Source: Octopus sinensis
Taxonomy: Eukaryota
Reading direction: 5' to 3'
Length of the DNA: 64,000 nucleotides
Assembly (NCBI RefSeq): GCF_006345805.1
Contig: NC_043025.1
Coordinates: forward strand, 11,780,001-11,844,000
Below the pieces are notes generated by a model, which did not search any database, had not been told where the DNA came from, and saw nothing but the letters and a program-made list of their open reading frames with translations. Positions 14,306-27,169 of the stretch are shown here, in pieces. Position numbers and translations under genes: made by a program. The first letter of the stretch is position 1. Each line of letters opens with the position of its first letter.

Positions 14306-15490
14306 CTGTCTGTCTGTGTGTGTCTGTGTGTGTGTGTGTCTGTGTGTGTCTGTTTGTGTGTGTGTGTCTGTGTCTCTGTGTGTGTGTGTCTGTGTGTGTG
14401 TGTCTCTGTGTGTGTCGCTGTGTGTGTCTGTGTGTGTGTGAGCAGTTTGAACTGATTGTTCCGACTGTTCGCGAAACAAACGATTTTTATGTTGCTACCC
14501 TAAGAAAAATAGGTAATAAAAAAAATGCAAACTAATTACAGGTGTAGGCATGGCTGTGTGGTAAGAAGCTTGTTTCCCAGCCATGTGGTTCTGGGTTCAG
14601 TTCCACTGTCTAGTACCCTGGGTAAGTAAGTATCTTCTACTATAGCCTCAGGCTGACCAAACCCTTGTCAGTGGATTTGGTAGACGGAAACTGAAAGAAG
14701 CCTGTCATATATATGTATATATATATAGACGTAGGAGTGGCTGTGTGGTAAGTAGCTTGTTTACGAACCACATGGTTACAGGTTCGGTCCCACGGCGTGG
14801 CACCTTGGGCAAGTGTCTTCTGCTACAGCCCCGGGCCGACCAATGCCTTGTGAGTGGATTTGGTAGACGGAAACTGAAAGAAGCCTGTCGTATATATGTA
14901 TATGTATATATATATAATATATATATAATATATATATATTATATATATATATATATAGTATGTGTTTTGTGTGTCTGTGTTTGTCCCCCTAGCATTGCTT
15001 GACAACCGATGCGGGTGTGTTTACGTCCCCGTCACTTAGCGGTTCGGCAAAACAGAGCGATAGAATAAGTACTGGGCTTACAAAGAATAAATCCTGGGGT
15101 CGATTTGCTCGACTAAAGGTGGTGCTCCAGCATGGCAGCAGTCAAATGACTGAAACAAGTAAAAGAGTAAAAGAGAATATATATATATATATATATATAA
15201 GTGTGGCTGTAGGGTAAGAAGCTTGTTTTCCAACCACATGGTTCTGGGTTCAGTCCTGCCATGTGGCACCTTGGGTAAGTGTCTTCTACTATAGCCTTGT
15301 ACCAACCAAAATCTTGTGAGTGGATTTGGTAGACAAAAACTGAAAGAAGTTTGTCATTTATATATGTTGAGACCCCTATCGGTCATGACTGACCATGCGA
15401 TTGCACCTAGAAAGTTACCCTCCTAGACACAAGTCCGAGCAAGGTTGTTTATGGAAGACCAGCAGTCGCCCATGCATACCAGCCTCTCCT

Positions 15491-16160
15491 CTCCACGCCA
15501 CCAGTGTTATCCAAGGGAAAGACAAAGGTCGATACAGCTTGGCACCAGTGACGTCGCAACCCTTCTCCACGCCACCAGTGTTATCCAAGGGAAAGACAAA
15601 GGTCGATACAGCTTGGCACCAGTGACGTCGCAACTCCTTTCTCCACGCCACCAGTGTTATCCAAGGGAAAGACAAAGGTCGATACAGCTTGGCACCAGTG
15701 ACGTCGCAACTCCTTTCTCCACGCCACCAGTGTTATCCAAGGGAAAGACAAAGGTCGATACAGCTTGGCACCAGTGACGTCGCAACTCCTTTCTCCACGC
15801 CACCAGTGTTATCCAAGGGAAAGACAAAGGTTCGATACAGCTTGGCACCAGTGACGTCGCAACTCCTTTCTCCACGCCACAGGTTATCAAGGGAAAGACA
15901 AAGGTCGATACAGTTGGCACCAGTGACGTCGCAACTCCTTCTCCACGCCACCAGTGTTATCCAAGGGAAAGACAAGGTCGATACAGCTTGGCACCAGTGA
16001 CGTCGCAACTCCTTTCTCCACGCCCCAGTGTTATCCAGGGAAAGACAAAGGTCGATACAGCTTGGCACCAGTGACGTCGCAACTCCTTTCTCCACGCCAC
16101 CAGTGTTATCCAAGGGAAAGACAAAGGTCGATACAGCTTGGCACCTGTGACGTCTCAACT
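15491..16160. repeat. 76-bp tandem array (~9 units) inside a SINE-like element
   Basis: CTCCACGCCACCAGTGTTATCCAAGGG.. at 15491, 15565, 15641, 15717, 15793, 15870, 15941, ~16016 and ~16090. Confidence 0.95.
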
Positions 16161-17112
16161 CATTTCAGCAGCTGAGTGAACTGGAGCAACGTGAAATAAA
16201 GTGTCTTGCTCAAGAACACAACACGCAGCCTGGTCTGGGATTCGAACTCACGACCCCACGATTGTAAGCTTGACGCTCTAACCACTGAGCCATGTGCCTT
16301 CACACACACATCTATACTCTTTTACTCTTTTGTTTCAGTCATTTGTATGCGGCCATGCTGGAGCACCACCTTTAATTGAGCAAATCGACCACGGGACTTA
16401 TTCTTTGTAAGCCCAGTACTTATTCTATCGGTCTCTTTTGCCGAACCGCTAAGTGACGGGGACATAAACACACAAGCATCGGTTGTCAAGCAATGCTAGG
16501 GGGACAAACACAGACACACAAACAACCACACGCATATATATAACATATATACGACGGGCTTCTTTTCAGTTTCCGTCTACCAAATCCACTCACAAGGCTT
16601 TGGTCGGCCCGAGGCAATAGTAGAAGACATTTGCCCAAGGTGCCACACAGTGGGACTGAACCCGGGACCATGTGGTTGGTTAGCAAGCTACTTACCACAC
16701 AGCCATTCCATGCACCTTCACACGCACACATATATATATATATATATCATCATCATCATTTAACGTCCATTGTCCAAGCTGGAATGGGTTGGACAGTGGT
16801 GATTGGGGATGGTAAACTGAGGGTGCCTAAGGTGTAACACAGTGGGACTGAACCCGGAACCATGTGGTTGGTAAGCAAGCTACTTACCACACAGCCACTC
16901 CTGTACCTATTTAAAAAAAATATTTTTTAATCACTTTTTAATCTATGGAACACTCATATTAACTGTTCAATGCTCGCAATGAGGAGTAGATAGACAGCCG
17001 ACAACTGATGACGGGTCAATTTTGGGGTTACTTGTCCTGTTTTCCATTTTTTTCTTTCATTGTTTACGTATTTCATGTTGTTTACTGTTGGTGAAATCCG
17101 TGTACCCATATA

Positions 17113-17149
<37 letters not shown>

Positions 17150-17770
17150 TATATATATATATATGTCAAGATTAATCAGCCGAAATTACTACGATTGATT
17201 CGGTTTCTTGACTGAAGACTGAGGGGTTCGAATGTCCTGTCCATGTTTATTGTGTCGTCTTCTAAGAGTTATACGTTCTTGTCCATGTTGTATTTTTCTA
17301 CATACCTTAATACTATATATATAATATAATATATATATCGTATATAATATATATATATATATATATATACACTTTATTTAAGCATCAGAAATTCAACAAA
17401 ACCTGTTACTGTGAGTTTCCCGTTGCAACTCGGATAACAGGTTTGATTGAATTTTCTGCTGCTTTTAAATAAGCATATACGCTACCACTGGTATTTGAGT
17501 ACTCTTTTTTTCCACCTTGTTTCACATTTATGTGGTTTACTTCGGTGTATATATATATATATATATTATTTATATATTATTTTGATTGTGAACGCCACAC
17601 ATCCATTTCCAAGTAAGTTTATCTTATAAATATATATACACACCATATATACATATAATATACATACATGAATACATATGCTTATAATATTTTATATAGA
17701 TATTATATATATACATACATACATACATACATACATACAGACATACATACATATATACAAACTACATACA

Positions 17771-17801
<31 letters not shown>

Positions 17802-17955
17802 CACATACTTACATACCTACATACATATATATATATCAACATATATATATAAATACATATATATATATACACACACACATATATATATATTATCAAAATT
17901 AGAAAACACCCATAGAATGATGATGATGATGATCATGATGATATGTGTGTGTGTG

Positions 17956-17995
<40 letters not shown>

Positions 17996-18077
17996 CCTAC
18001 ATACTCACACACCCATACATGCAAAAACATAATTAGTCAGTCATGCATTAGTATATGAACAAGCAATTACACACAGA

Positions 18078-18103
18078 CACGCCCACCCTGTTCCCATGGC
18101 AAC
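18078..18103 (+). promoter_or_regulatory. RFX X-box with adjacent KLF/Sp-type GC/CACCC box
   Basis: GTTCCCATGGCAAC (18090-18103) matches the 14-bp X-box consensus RTHNYYWTRRNRAC at every position; CACGCCCACCC lies immediately upstream, in a short unique stretch between microsatellites. Confidence 0.35.
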
Positions 18104-18376
18104 CTGGTCCCATACAGTGCTGGCAGAAGGAGTGTCTCTGTATGGAAGATGGTGGTGGTGGTGGTAATAGTTGTGGTGACGGTGGCGGCGGCGGCGGCGG
18201 TGGTGGTGGTGGCGGTGGAGGTGCTGGCAATGATGTGGTGGTGATGATGATGATGGTGGTGGCTATGGTGGGTGATGACTGGTAACGATGATGACGGTGA
18301 TGTTGTGGCATTCATTCCTGCCTCTCTCTGTACTCTTGAATCCAAATCTCACCAATGTCAACCTTGCATCTCATCC

Positions 18377-18421
<45 letters not shown>

Positions 18422-18644
18422 TTTTCTCTCTTTCCCTCTCCCAGCAATTTCGAGAGAAGGGAGGGGGGAGGGGATGAGTCGGTTGCATTGCACACCAGTA
18501 CGTGACTGGTACTTATTTTATCGACTCCGAAGGGATGAAAGCTAAAGCAGACCTCGGCAGAATTTGAACTCAGAACGTAGACGGATGAAATGCCACTAAG
18601 CATTTCGTCTCGAGCGGTAACGATTCTGCCAGCTCACTGCTTTA

Positions 18645-18663
18645 ATAATAATAATGATGATGA

Positions 18664-18697
<34 letters not shown>

Positions 18698-18958
18698 CGA
18701 TGACGATGATGATGACGATGATGACGATGATGACGACGATGATGATGATGATGACGACGACGATGATGATGATGATGATGATGATGATGACGATGACGAC
18801 GACGATGATGATGATGATAATGATAATAACAATAATAATAATGATGATGATTATAATGATGATGATGATTTTAATGATAATAATAACAATAATAATAATA
18901 ATAATAATAATATTAATAATAACAATAATAATAATAATAATAAAAATAATAATATAAT

Positions 18959-18993
<35 letters not shown>

Positions 18994-19017
18994 TTATAAT
19001 AATAATAATAACAACAA

Positions 19018-19054
<37 letters not shown>

Positions 19055-19609
19055 TATATTATAATTAATAATAATAATAAGATGAATAATGATGAATGAT
19101 GATGATGATGATGATGATGATGATATAATGATGATGATGATTTTAATGATAATAATAACAATAATAATAATAATAATAATATATTAATAATAATAACAAT
19201 ATAATATAATAATAATAAAATAATAATAATAATAATAATTATGAATAATAATAATATAATAATAATAATAATTATAATAATAATAATAATAACAATATAA
19301 TAATAATAATAAATAATAATATAATAATTATTAATTCATAATAATAATAATAATAATGATAATGATTATGATGATGATGATATGATGATGATTATAATGA
19401 TGATGATGATTTTAATGATAATAATAACAATAATAATAATAATAATATAATATTAATAATAATAACAATATAATAATAATAATAAAAATAATATAAAATA
19501 ATAATATTAATAATTATAATAATAATAATAATAACAATAATAATAATAATAATATTATAATAATATAATAATAACATAATAATAATAATAATAAAAATAT
19601 AATAATAAT

Positions 19610-19645
<36 letters not shown>

Positions 19646-19860
19646 AATAATAATAATAATAAAAAAATAATAATAATTATAATAATAATAATTATTATTA
19701 TAATAATAATAATAATAATGATGATTAGATGATGATGATGATGATGATGATTTTAATGATAATAATAACAATAATAATAATAATTATAATAAAAATAATA
19801 TAATAATAATGATAATAATAATAATAATTATAATAATAATAATAATAGTAATAATATTAT
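18645..19860. repeat. Compound (GAT)n/(AAT)n microsatellite with ~270-340-bp higher-order blocks
   Basis: GATGATGATTTTAATGATAATAATAACAAT recurs at ~18860, 19135, 19405 and 19745. Confidence 0.9.
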
Positions 19861-20190
19861 ATACCCAAAAAGAGGAAGGTTATATATATATATATGTTTC
19901 TGTGGAGGTGAAAGGCATGGAGATACGCTGGTCTCATGCTGTTGATAAGACACACATCCAACGACCTCAATATTTGGCTGTCGTCATCGTCGTTGGCAGC
20001 AGTGGAAGAAGAGCAAAAGCAGAGAGTCTTGTGTTCGTGGAAGGGAAGGCGAGGAGGGCCGGGCGGAGCAGCGGGTGACTGCAGGGGGGGGACTTACTTC
20101 CCAAATATAAATTATGCACTTGCAGACCCCCACACTCATACACACAGGTTTTTACTTGTACCTACAGATATATGTGTGCGGATGCGTATA

Positions 20191-20230
<40 letters not shown>

Positions 20231-21430
20231 ATATATATATATATACTTTACAAAGAAACACACACGCACACAGAGACACATATAGCTATATAAATATATA
20301 TACATACATAAATGTATACATAATATACATACATAAATATACATACATATGTATATAATTATACATAAATATATACTTATATATATATATTTTTTTTTTC
20401 TCTAGTTCTAGCTCAGAGCTGTGGCCATGCTGATGCAGTGTGCTGTTAAATATAAGATATATATATTATATATACACACACAGAGGTTTACATATATATA
20501 TAATATAATATATACACAGACACACACACAGGTGTAATATATATATATATATATATATATAGGCGCAGGAGTGGCTGTGTGGTAAGTAGCTTTCTTACCA
20601 ACCACATGTTTCCCGGTTCAGTCCCACTGCGTGGCACCTTGGGCAAGTGTCTTCTACTATAGCCCTCAGGCCAACCAAAGCCTTGTGAGTGGATTTGGCA
20701 GACGGAAACTGGACCCGGAACCATGTGGTTGGTTAGCAATAAATCCTGGGATCGATTTCCTCGGCTAAAGGCGGTGCTCCAGCATGGCCACAGTCACATG
20801 ACTGAAAGAAGTAAAAGAGTGTATATATATATATATATATATGTATTTACAGGCACACACACAATATACATCCGGTTGAGTATCATATGTGTAATGTGTA
20901 TATTTTACAATATGTATGTTTAACATGTAGAACACTCCCAGAAATATTTTTTCCTTTCAACCCTATTACTAACATATCTATCTCTCTCTCTATATATATA
21001 TATATACATATCATATATAACACCACACAACATATATATATATATATATAATCTTAAAAGACTCCGCCGGTTACGACGACGAGGGGTCCCAGCTGATACG
21101 ATCAACGGAACAGCTTGCTCGTGAAATTAACGTGCAGATGGCTGAGCATTCCACAGACACGTACCCTTAACGTAGTTCTCGGGATAATCAGCGTGACACA
21201 GAGAGTGACAAGGCTGACCCTTTGAAATACAAGTACAACTCATTTTTGCCAGCTGAGTGGACTGGAGGAGCAACGTGAAATAAAGTGTCTTGCTCAAGGA
21301 CACAACGCGTCGCCGGGAATCGAACTCACAAACCTTAACGATCATGAGCCGAATGCCCTAACCACTAAGCCACGCGCCCTCACTATATATATATATATAT
21401 ATATATAATATATGTATTATATATTATATA

Positions 21431-24215
21431 CATCACATGGTCAGAGATTTAGGGACATCCTCATCAAGAAAATTGATGAGAGGAGGAGGAGCTACAGACG
21501 TCGGACATAGAAGTAGCTGGAAATTCCTACGGGACAGCTTGCTGAGTGCTACAGACCAAGTCTGCGGATGGTGCAAAGTCCCTTCCAGGCCTTGAGTTAT
21601 GTAGGTTGGAATAGTGCAGTAGAAAGCCATTAGTGCAAAGAAACAGGCCCGGAGAGCCTGGAGGGATGGGGGGTAGCAGGGAACTGTACCAAGTAGCCAA
21701 AAGGGAGGCTGGGTGGCAGGTATACATAGCCAAAGATATAGCAGAAAAAGAAGAAGTTTGCCAATGTCCAGCGATGTGAGGACAAAGAAGTGAGGTATTT
21801 CGGATTGCTAGCAGTGTGTCAGAGAAAATAGTGATGTTACAGGAGAGAAATGTGTCCGCATGGATGATGGGGCACTTGCTTTTAATGTTGGTGAAAAGAA
21901 AGAGGCTTGGAGGAAGCCATTATGAAAGACTGCTGAATGTGGAGAATGAATGGGAGGAGGAGAGCCTGCCAAATGTTGACCCAGTAGAGGGACCAGCTAT
22001 CCAAATAGACGCTCCCTTGTAGTTAAGGCAATTAGGGTAGTGGTATGAAACCAGGTAAAGCCCCCGGCCCCTTCAGGTATCACTGCTGAGATGCTTAAAA
22101 CAGCTGGTTATGTGGGCTATGGCCTAGTCACCCGCATTGTTAACCAGGTAGTTCATAATGGAGTCATACCCAATGACTGGCGTAGCAGCACCATAGTCAA
22201 CTGCTACAAGGGTAAGGGTGATGCTCTAGATAGAAATAACTACAGGGGTATTAAACTGTTGGATCAGGTGATGAAGGTCACAGAGAGGGTCATAACCCAT
22301 CTCTTATAGGGAGAGAATTTGCTTAGATGAGATGCAGTTCGTTTTGTGCCGGGTAGAAGCACCACTGATGCTATATTCCTGGTCCGACAACTGCAGGAGA
22401 AGTACCTAGCTAAAGATAAACCCCTCTACATAGCTTTTGTGGACTTGGAGAAAGCCTTTGACAGGGTTCTCCGATCCCTTATCTGGTGGTCGATGCGGAA
22501 ACTGGAGATTGACGAATGGCTAATAAGGGCTGTACAGGCTCTATACAGAGAGGCTGTCAGCAAGGTTAGGATTGGCAACGAATATAGTGAAGAATTCCGG
22601 TAGAAGTAGGTGTACACCAAGGCTCAGCCCTCAGTCCCCTTTTATTCATCATAGTCCTCCAGGCAATAACAGAGGAATTCAAAACAGGTTGCCCCCTGGG
22701 AGCTCCTCTATGCTGATGACCTGGCTCTCATAGCAGAATCACTACCGGAACTAGAAAAGAAATTTCGGGTGTGGAAACAAGGGGTTAGAATCAAAAGGCC
22801 TTAGAGTAAATGTAGCAAAGACCAAAGTTATAGTAAGCAGAAAGGCGAACTCAGCACACACCCCATCGGGCAGGTGGCCCTGCTCAATCTGTAGAAAGAA
22901 GGTGTAGGTAGAAACTCCATAAGATGCACCCAGTGTAAGCTATGGACGCATAAGAGGTGCCGCAACATCAAAGGGAAAAATTAACTGATAAGATAGCTTT
23001 CATGTGCGGCAGATGCACAGGGACAATAGACACCCACAAATACTCAGAAAACAGATTCCATCACACGCCAGGGGGAGAAACTAGAAGTGGTTGATAGTTT
23101 CCGCTACCTGGGTAACCAAGTTAGTAGTGGAGGTGGATGCTCAGAGAGTGTCACCACTAGAATACGAATAGCCTGGGCAAAGTTCAGAAAGCTCCTACCC
23201 CTACTGGCGACAAAGGGTCTCTCACTCAGAGTGAAAGGTAGATTGTATGATGCATGCGTGCGAACTGCCATGCTTCTCGGCAGTGAAACATCGGCCGTGA
23301 CTGCAGAGGACATGCGTAGACTTGAAAGAAATGAAGCTAGCATGATCCGCTGGATGTGTAATGTCAGTGTGAATGCACGACAGTGTAAGCATTCCTGAGA
23401 GAAATGCTAGGCATAAGAAGCATCAGATGCGGTGTGCAAGAGCGACGCTTGCGATGGTATGGTCATGTACTGCAGATGGATGAGGAGAGATGTGTGAAGA
23501 AGTGCCACTCCCAAACAGTTGAAGGAATCAGGGGGAGAGGTAGACCCAGGAAGACATGGGATGAGGTAGTCAAGCATGACCTCAGAGCGTTGGGCCTCAC
23601 TAAGGCAATGGTGAAGGACCGAGATCTCTGGAGATGTGCTGTGACTACAAAGACCCGGGACGCTTCCGGCTCCAGTTCCGCATAGTCCCTGCCCATTCAA
23701 AGTACCTTGGATCCCAGAACATCTCGCTGTGCTTGAGGAGACCTGTTGAGTCAAGTGCATGTACACGAACATCGAAACAAATATCAATGGAAATAGTATA
23801 GTGTGATAACCTGTGCCGTGGCACATAAAAAGCACCATCTGAACGTGACCGTTGCCAGCGCCGCCTCGTCTGGCTTCTGTGCCGTGGCACATAAAAAGCA
23901 CCATCCGAAGATGCCAGCGCCGCCTTGGCTGACTTCCGTGCCGGTGGCACGTTAAAAGCAACAACCGATCGTGGCCTATGCCAGACACCTGTGCAGGTAG
24001 CACCTGTGCAGGTAGCACCTGTGCAGGTAGCACCTGTGCAGGTAGCACGTAAAAAGCACCCACTACACTCGCGGAGTGGTTGGCGTTAGGAAGGGCATCC
24101 AGCTGTAGAAACACTGCCAGATTTGACTGGAGCCTGGTGCAGCCCTGGCTTCCCAGACTCCGGTCGAACTGTCCAACCCATGCTAGCACGGAAAACGGAC
24201 GTTAAACGATGATGA
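21431..24215 (+). mobile_element. Longer truncated RTE-clade LINE (RT domain) with 3' UTR
   Basis: ORF pieces 22091-23685: GKGDALDRNNYRGIKLL, STTDAIFLVRQLQEKY, YADD, FRYLG, RRLRWYGHV, GRGRPRKTW. Disrupted by indels; same 3' tail as the 8.3-kb copy. Confidence 0.92.
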
Positions 24216-24330
24216 TAATGATATCTCTCTCTCTATATATATACATATATATACAAAATGTGACCTCGTGTGTACTGTTGGCGATTTTTTTTCCTCTGTC
24301 TTCCCTTCTCTGGATCTTTTCTTCTCCTAT

Positions 24331-24365
24331 GTTTCCGACGAAGAGCTCCGCTCGAAACGTTAAAC
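24331..24365 (+). ncRNA. Minimal hammerhead-ribozyme-like motif (Penelope-type)
   Basis: GTTT-CCGACGA-A-GAGC tcc GCTC-GAAA-CG-T-T-AAAC: stems I and II pair and stem III is the palindrome ACGT; U4 is replaced by C. Confidence 0.35.
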
Positions 24366-24463
24366 CCTCCTTCTTTCCTTCTTTCCTGAGCATTCAATAA
24401 TACTATATTTGTTACACGTCCTCGCGTTGCGGTGTTTTTTTTTGTGGTCTCTTTGGATTAACT

Positions 24464-24554
<91 letters not shown>

Positions 24555-24606
24555 ATGTATTATATATAATATATATATGTGTGTATGTGTATGTATATAT
24601 ATATAT

Positions 24607-24976
24607 AACTAGCAGTATCGCCCGGCGTTGCTCGGTTTGTAAGGGAAATAGCTATAAAGCATTTTTAGAGAGTTATAGCCAAAAATGGAAAAAAAAATGA
24701 TGGTAATTTTTTTTTAGTTAAAAAGGTCGAGTTGCGTCCCCCCAGACAGTCTGTGGTTTGTGTTTCTGATTCTCGACCCCATGTCGAATTTATCGATTTT
24801 TTTTCAGAACTGGGGGAACTTTTCAAAATTTTCACTGCGTTAGTTTTGAATTATGACATTGGGCTATGTGTGTGTCAAGTTTCATCAGAATCGGTTGAAA
24901 GCCGTGGTCAGGGTGAGGGTACAACCAAACCCACACAGAAACACACACAGACAAACTGCCGTTTATATAGAGACAG

Positions 24977-24978
<2 letters not shown>
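24607..24978 (+). mobile_element. HINE/DINE-like non-autonomous element (subfamily A)
   Basis: AACTAGCAGTATCGCCCGGCGTTGCTCGG 5' end, AAGTTTCATCAGAATCGG motif, ACAC/ACAG-rich 3' region and TATATAG end. Confidence 0.7.
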
Positions 24979-25010
<32 letters not shown>

Positions 25011-25021
25011 TATATATACAC

Positions 25022-25069
<48 letters not shown>

Positions 25070-25212
25070 TATGTATGTATGTATATATATATATTTATCT
25101 TATATAAAGGGCACTCTTACACATAGATGCCTCATGTGAGGAGGGACTCTTAAAGTCAAAACTACTACAAATAAACACACATCGTACCGAAACTGATTCT
25201 CGAAGCACATCA

Positions 25213-25605
25213 TGTTGTAAGATATTTGTTGTTTTTTTTTCTTCAATTTCTCTGAAATTTCAATCATCAATGACGTCTATTGAGGTAAAATACATTCTGT
25301 GCCGTATGAATATGTCCCTCGCTTAAGAAACAGATTGGGTTTATTTACATTTGTGAAGAAAAATAAAGATATCCTTCCCCCCACCCCTAACCCTAAAACA
25401 GATTGAAATGCAATAGATCGATACTAGGGTCATAATTATGGGTGACAATTTCATACATTTATGAAGAAAAAAAAAGATATCCTTCCCCCCACCCCTAACC
25501 CTAAAACAGATTGAAATGCAATAGATCGATACTAGGGTCATAATTATGGGTGACAATTTCATATGACACTGCTAGAAAAAACTGCCGTTCAAGCCGAAAA
25601 GATCC
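25213..25605 (+). mobile_element. Truncated copy of the GGATC MITE with an internal ~120-bp tandem duplication
   Basis: Matches 29370-29657 and ends GAAAAGATCC; the block GAAGAAAA...GACAATTTCATA occurs twice. Confidence 0.8.
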
Positions 25606-25799
25606 AAGAATCTCGCAAACCAAATCCAAAAACGAAAGTGAAGTCTTTTGCTGAAGAATACAGAGCACCGCATGGTTCAGGAATCGAAACCACGTCCTTG
25701 CGATACTGTGTGTAGCATCCAAACTACTTGGCCGTGTGTCTAGTAGTTAGATTGGTTGCCCCAAGTACACCATAGCTCCGGCCGTGTGAAGATCAGTTC

Positions 25800-26510
25800 A
25801 AATTCCACCAAGGTCGACTTTGCCTTTCATCCTTTCGGGGTCGATAAATTAAGTACCAGTTACGCACTGGTGTCGATGTGATCGACTTAATACCTATGTC
25901 TGTCCTTGTTTGTCCCCTCTATGTTTAGCCCCTTGTGGATAGTAAAGAAATAGGTATTTCGTCTGCCGCTACGTTCTGAGTTCAAATTCCGCCGAGGTCG
26001 ACTTTGCCTTTCATCCTTTCGGGGTCGATAAATCAAGTACGTTAGCACTGGGGTCGATTAATCGACTTAATCCCTTTGTCTGTCCTTGTTTGTCCCTTCT
26101 GTGTTTAGCCCCTTGTGGGTAGTAAAGAATAGGTATTTCGTCTGCCGCTACGTTCTGAGTTCAAATTCCGCCGAGGTCGACTTTGCCTTTCAACTTTTCG
26201 GGGTCGATAAATAAAGTACCAGTTACGCACTGGGGTCGATGTAATCGACTTAATCCCTTTGTCTGTCCTTGTTTGTCCCCTCTATGTTTAGCCCCTTGTG
26301 GGTAGTAGAGAAATAGGTATTTCGTCTGCCGCTACGTTCTGAGTTCAAATTCCGCCGAGGTCGACTTTGCCTTTCATCCTTTCGGGGTCGATAAATCAAG
26401 TACCAGTTACGCACTGGGGTCGATGTAATCGACTTAATCCCTTTGTCTGTCCTTGTTTGTCCCCTCTATGTTTAGCCCCTTGTGGGTAGTAAAGAAATAG
26501 GTATATAGTA
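25800..26510 (+). mobile_element. SINE family 3, tandem tetramer
   Basis: Four ~184-bp units joined by AAGAAATAG|GTATTTCGTCTG. Confidence 0.88.
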
Positions 26511-26595
26511 GTAAAGCGTATAAAAGCAGTGACACACACGCATTCAGCAAGAGTTGCTTCCCCTATACCACAAATTACGCTAGTATTTTTAGCGT

Positions 26596-27131
26596 AATCT
26601 CTCTCTCTATAATGCTGAAGTTGTCTGTGTGTGGCAGGTTTGGTAGCCTTCAACTAACACTATCTCCTCCGAGACCCTGCGGCGCAAGTTGACCAAAATT
26701 GAGAGTTTGATAGAAGAAGGCTTGCTCTTCCTTCTGTAGAAGAAAAAAATTCTTTTATGATGAATTTACTGGTGCTGGTGGCACATAAAAAGCACCCTAG
26801 CACTTCTGGGAGTTTATTCTCAGGCGCTTGAGGTGACCAACAACAACAATGACAACCACATGATGCTTTGCTTGTATCAATACTTACAACGTAGGGCCAT
26901 GTTAACACTAAAAATTATTTACATCAAAAAGGTGCTTTTTTTTTCTATGAAAATCCCTATTTTTTAACGATTTATTCACTGCTGTGTCGCCAATTTTCTG
27001 TGTATTTCAACCAGAAAAATGTTCACTTAAAGAGAATAACAAGCTACATAATGCAAAATATTTACTTTTCAAAAATTCCAATTCTAAAGGGTCGAAACAA
27101 ACCCGAGCAACACCGGGCGATACCGCTAGTA
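26596..27131 (-). mobile_element. Single-core copy of the same HINE-like element carrying a captured host-gene fragment
   Basis: Reverse complement of the 58124 5' end plus one core unit; the insert at 26752-26896 matches 57145-57286. Confidence 0.85.
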
Positions 27132-27169
27132 AATTATGAAAGTGTTATATTTACTTTTAGAACGATAAT

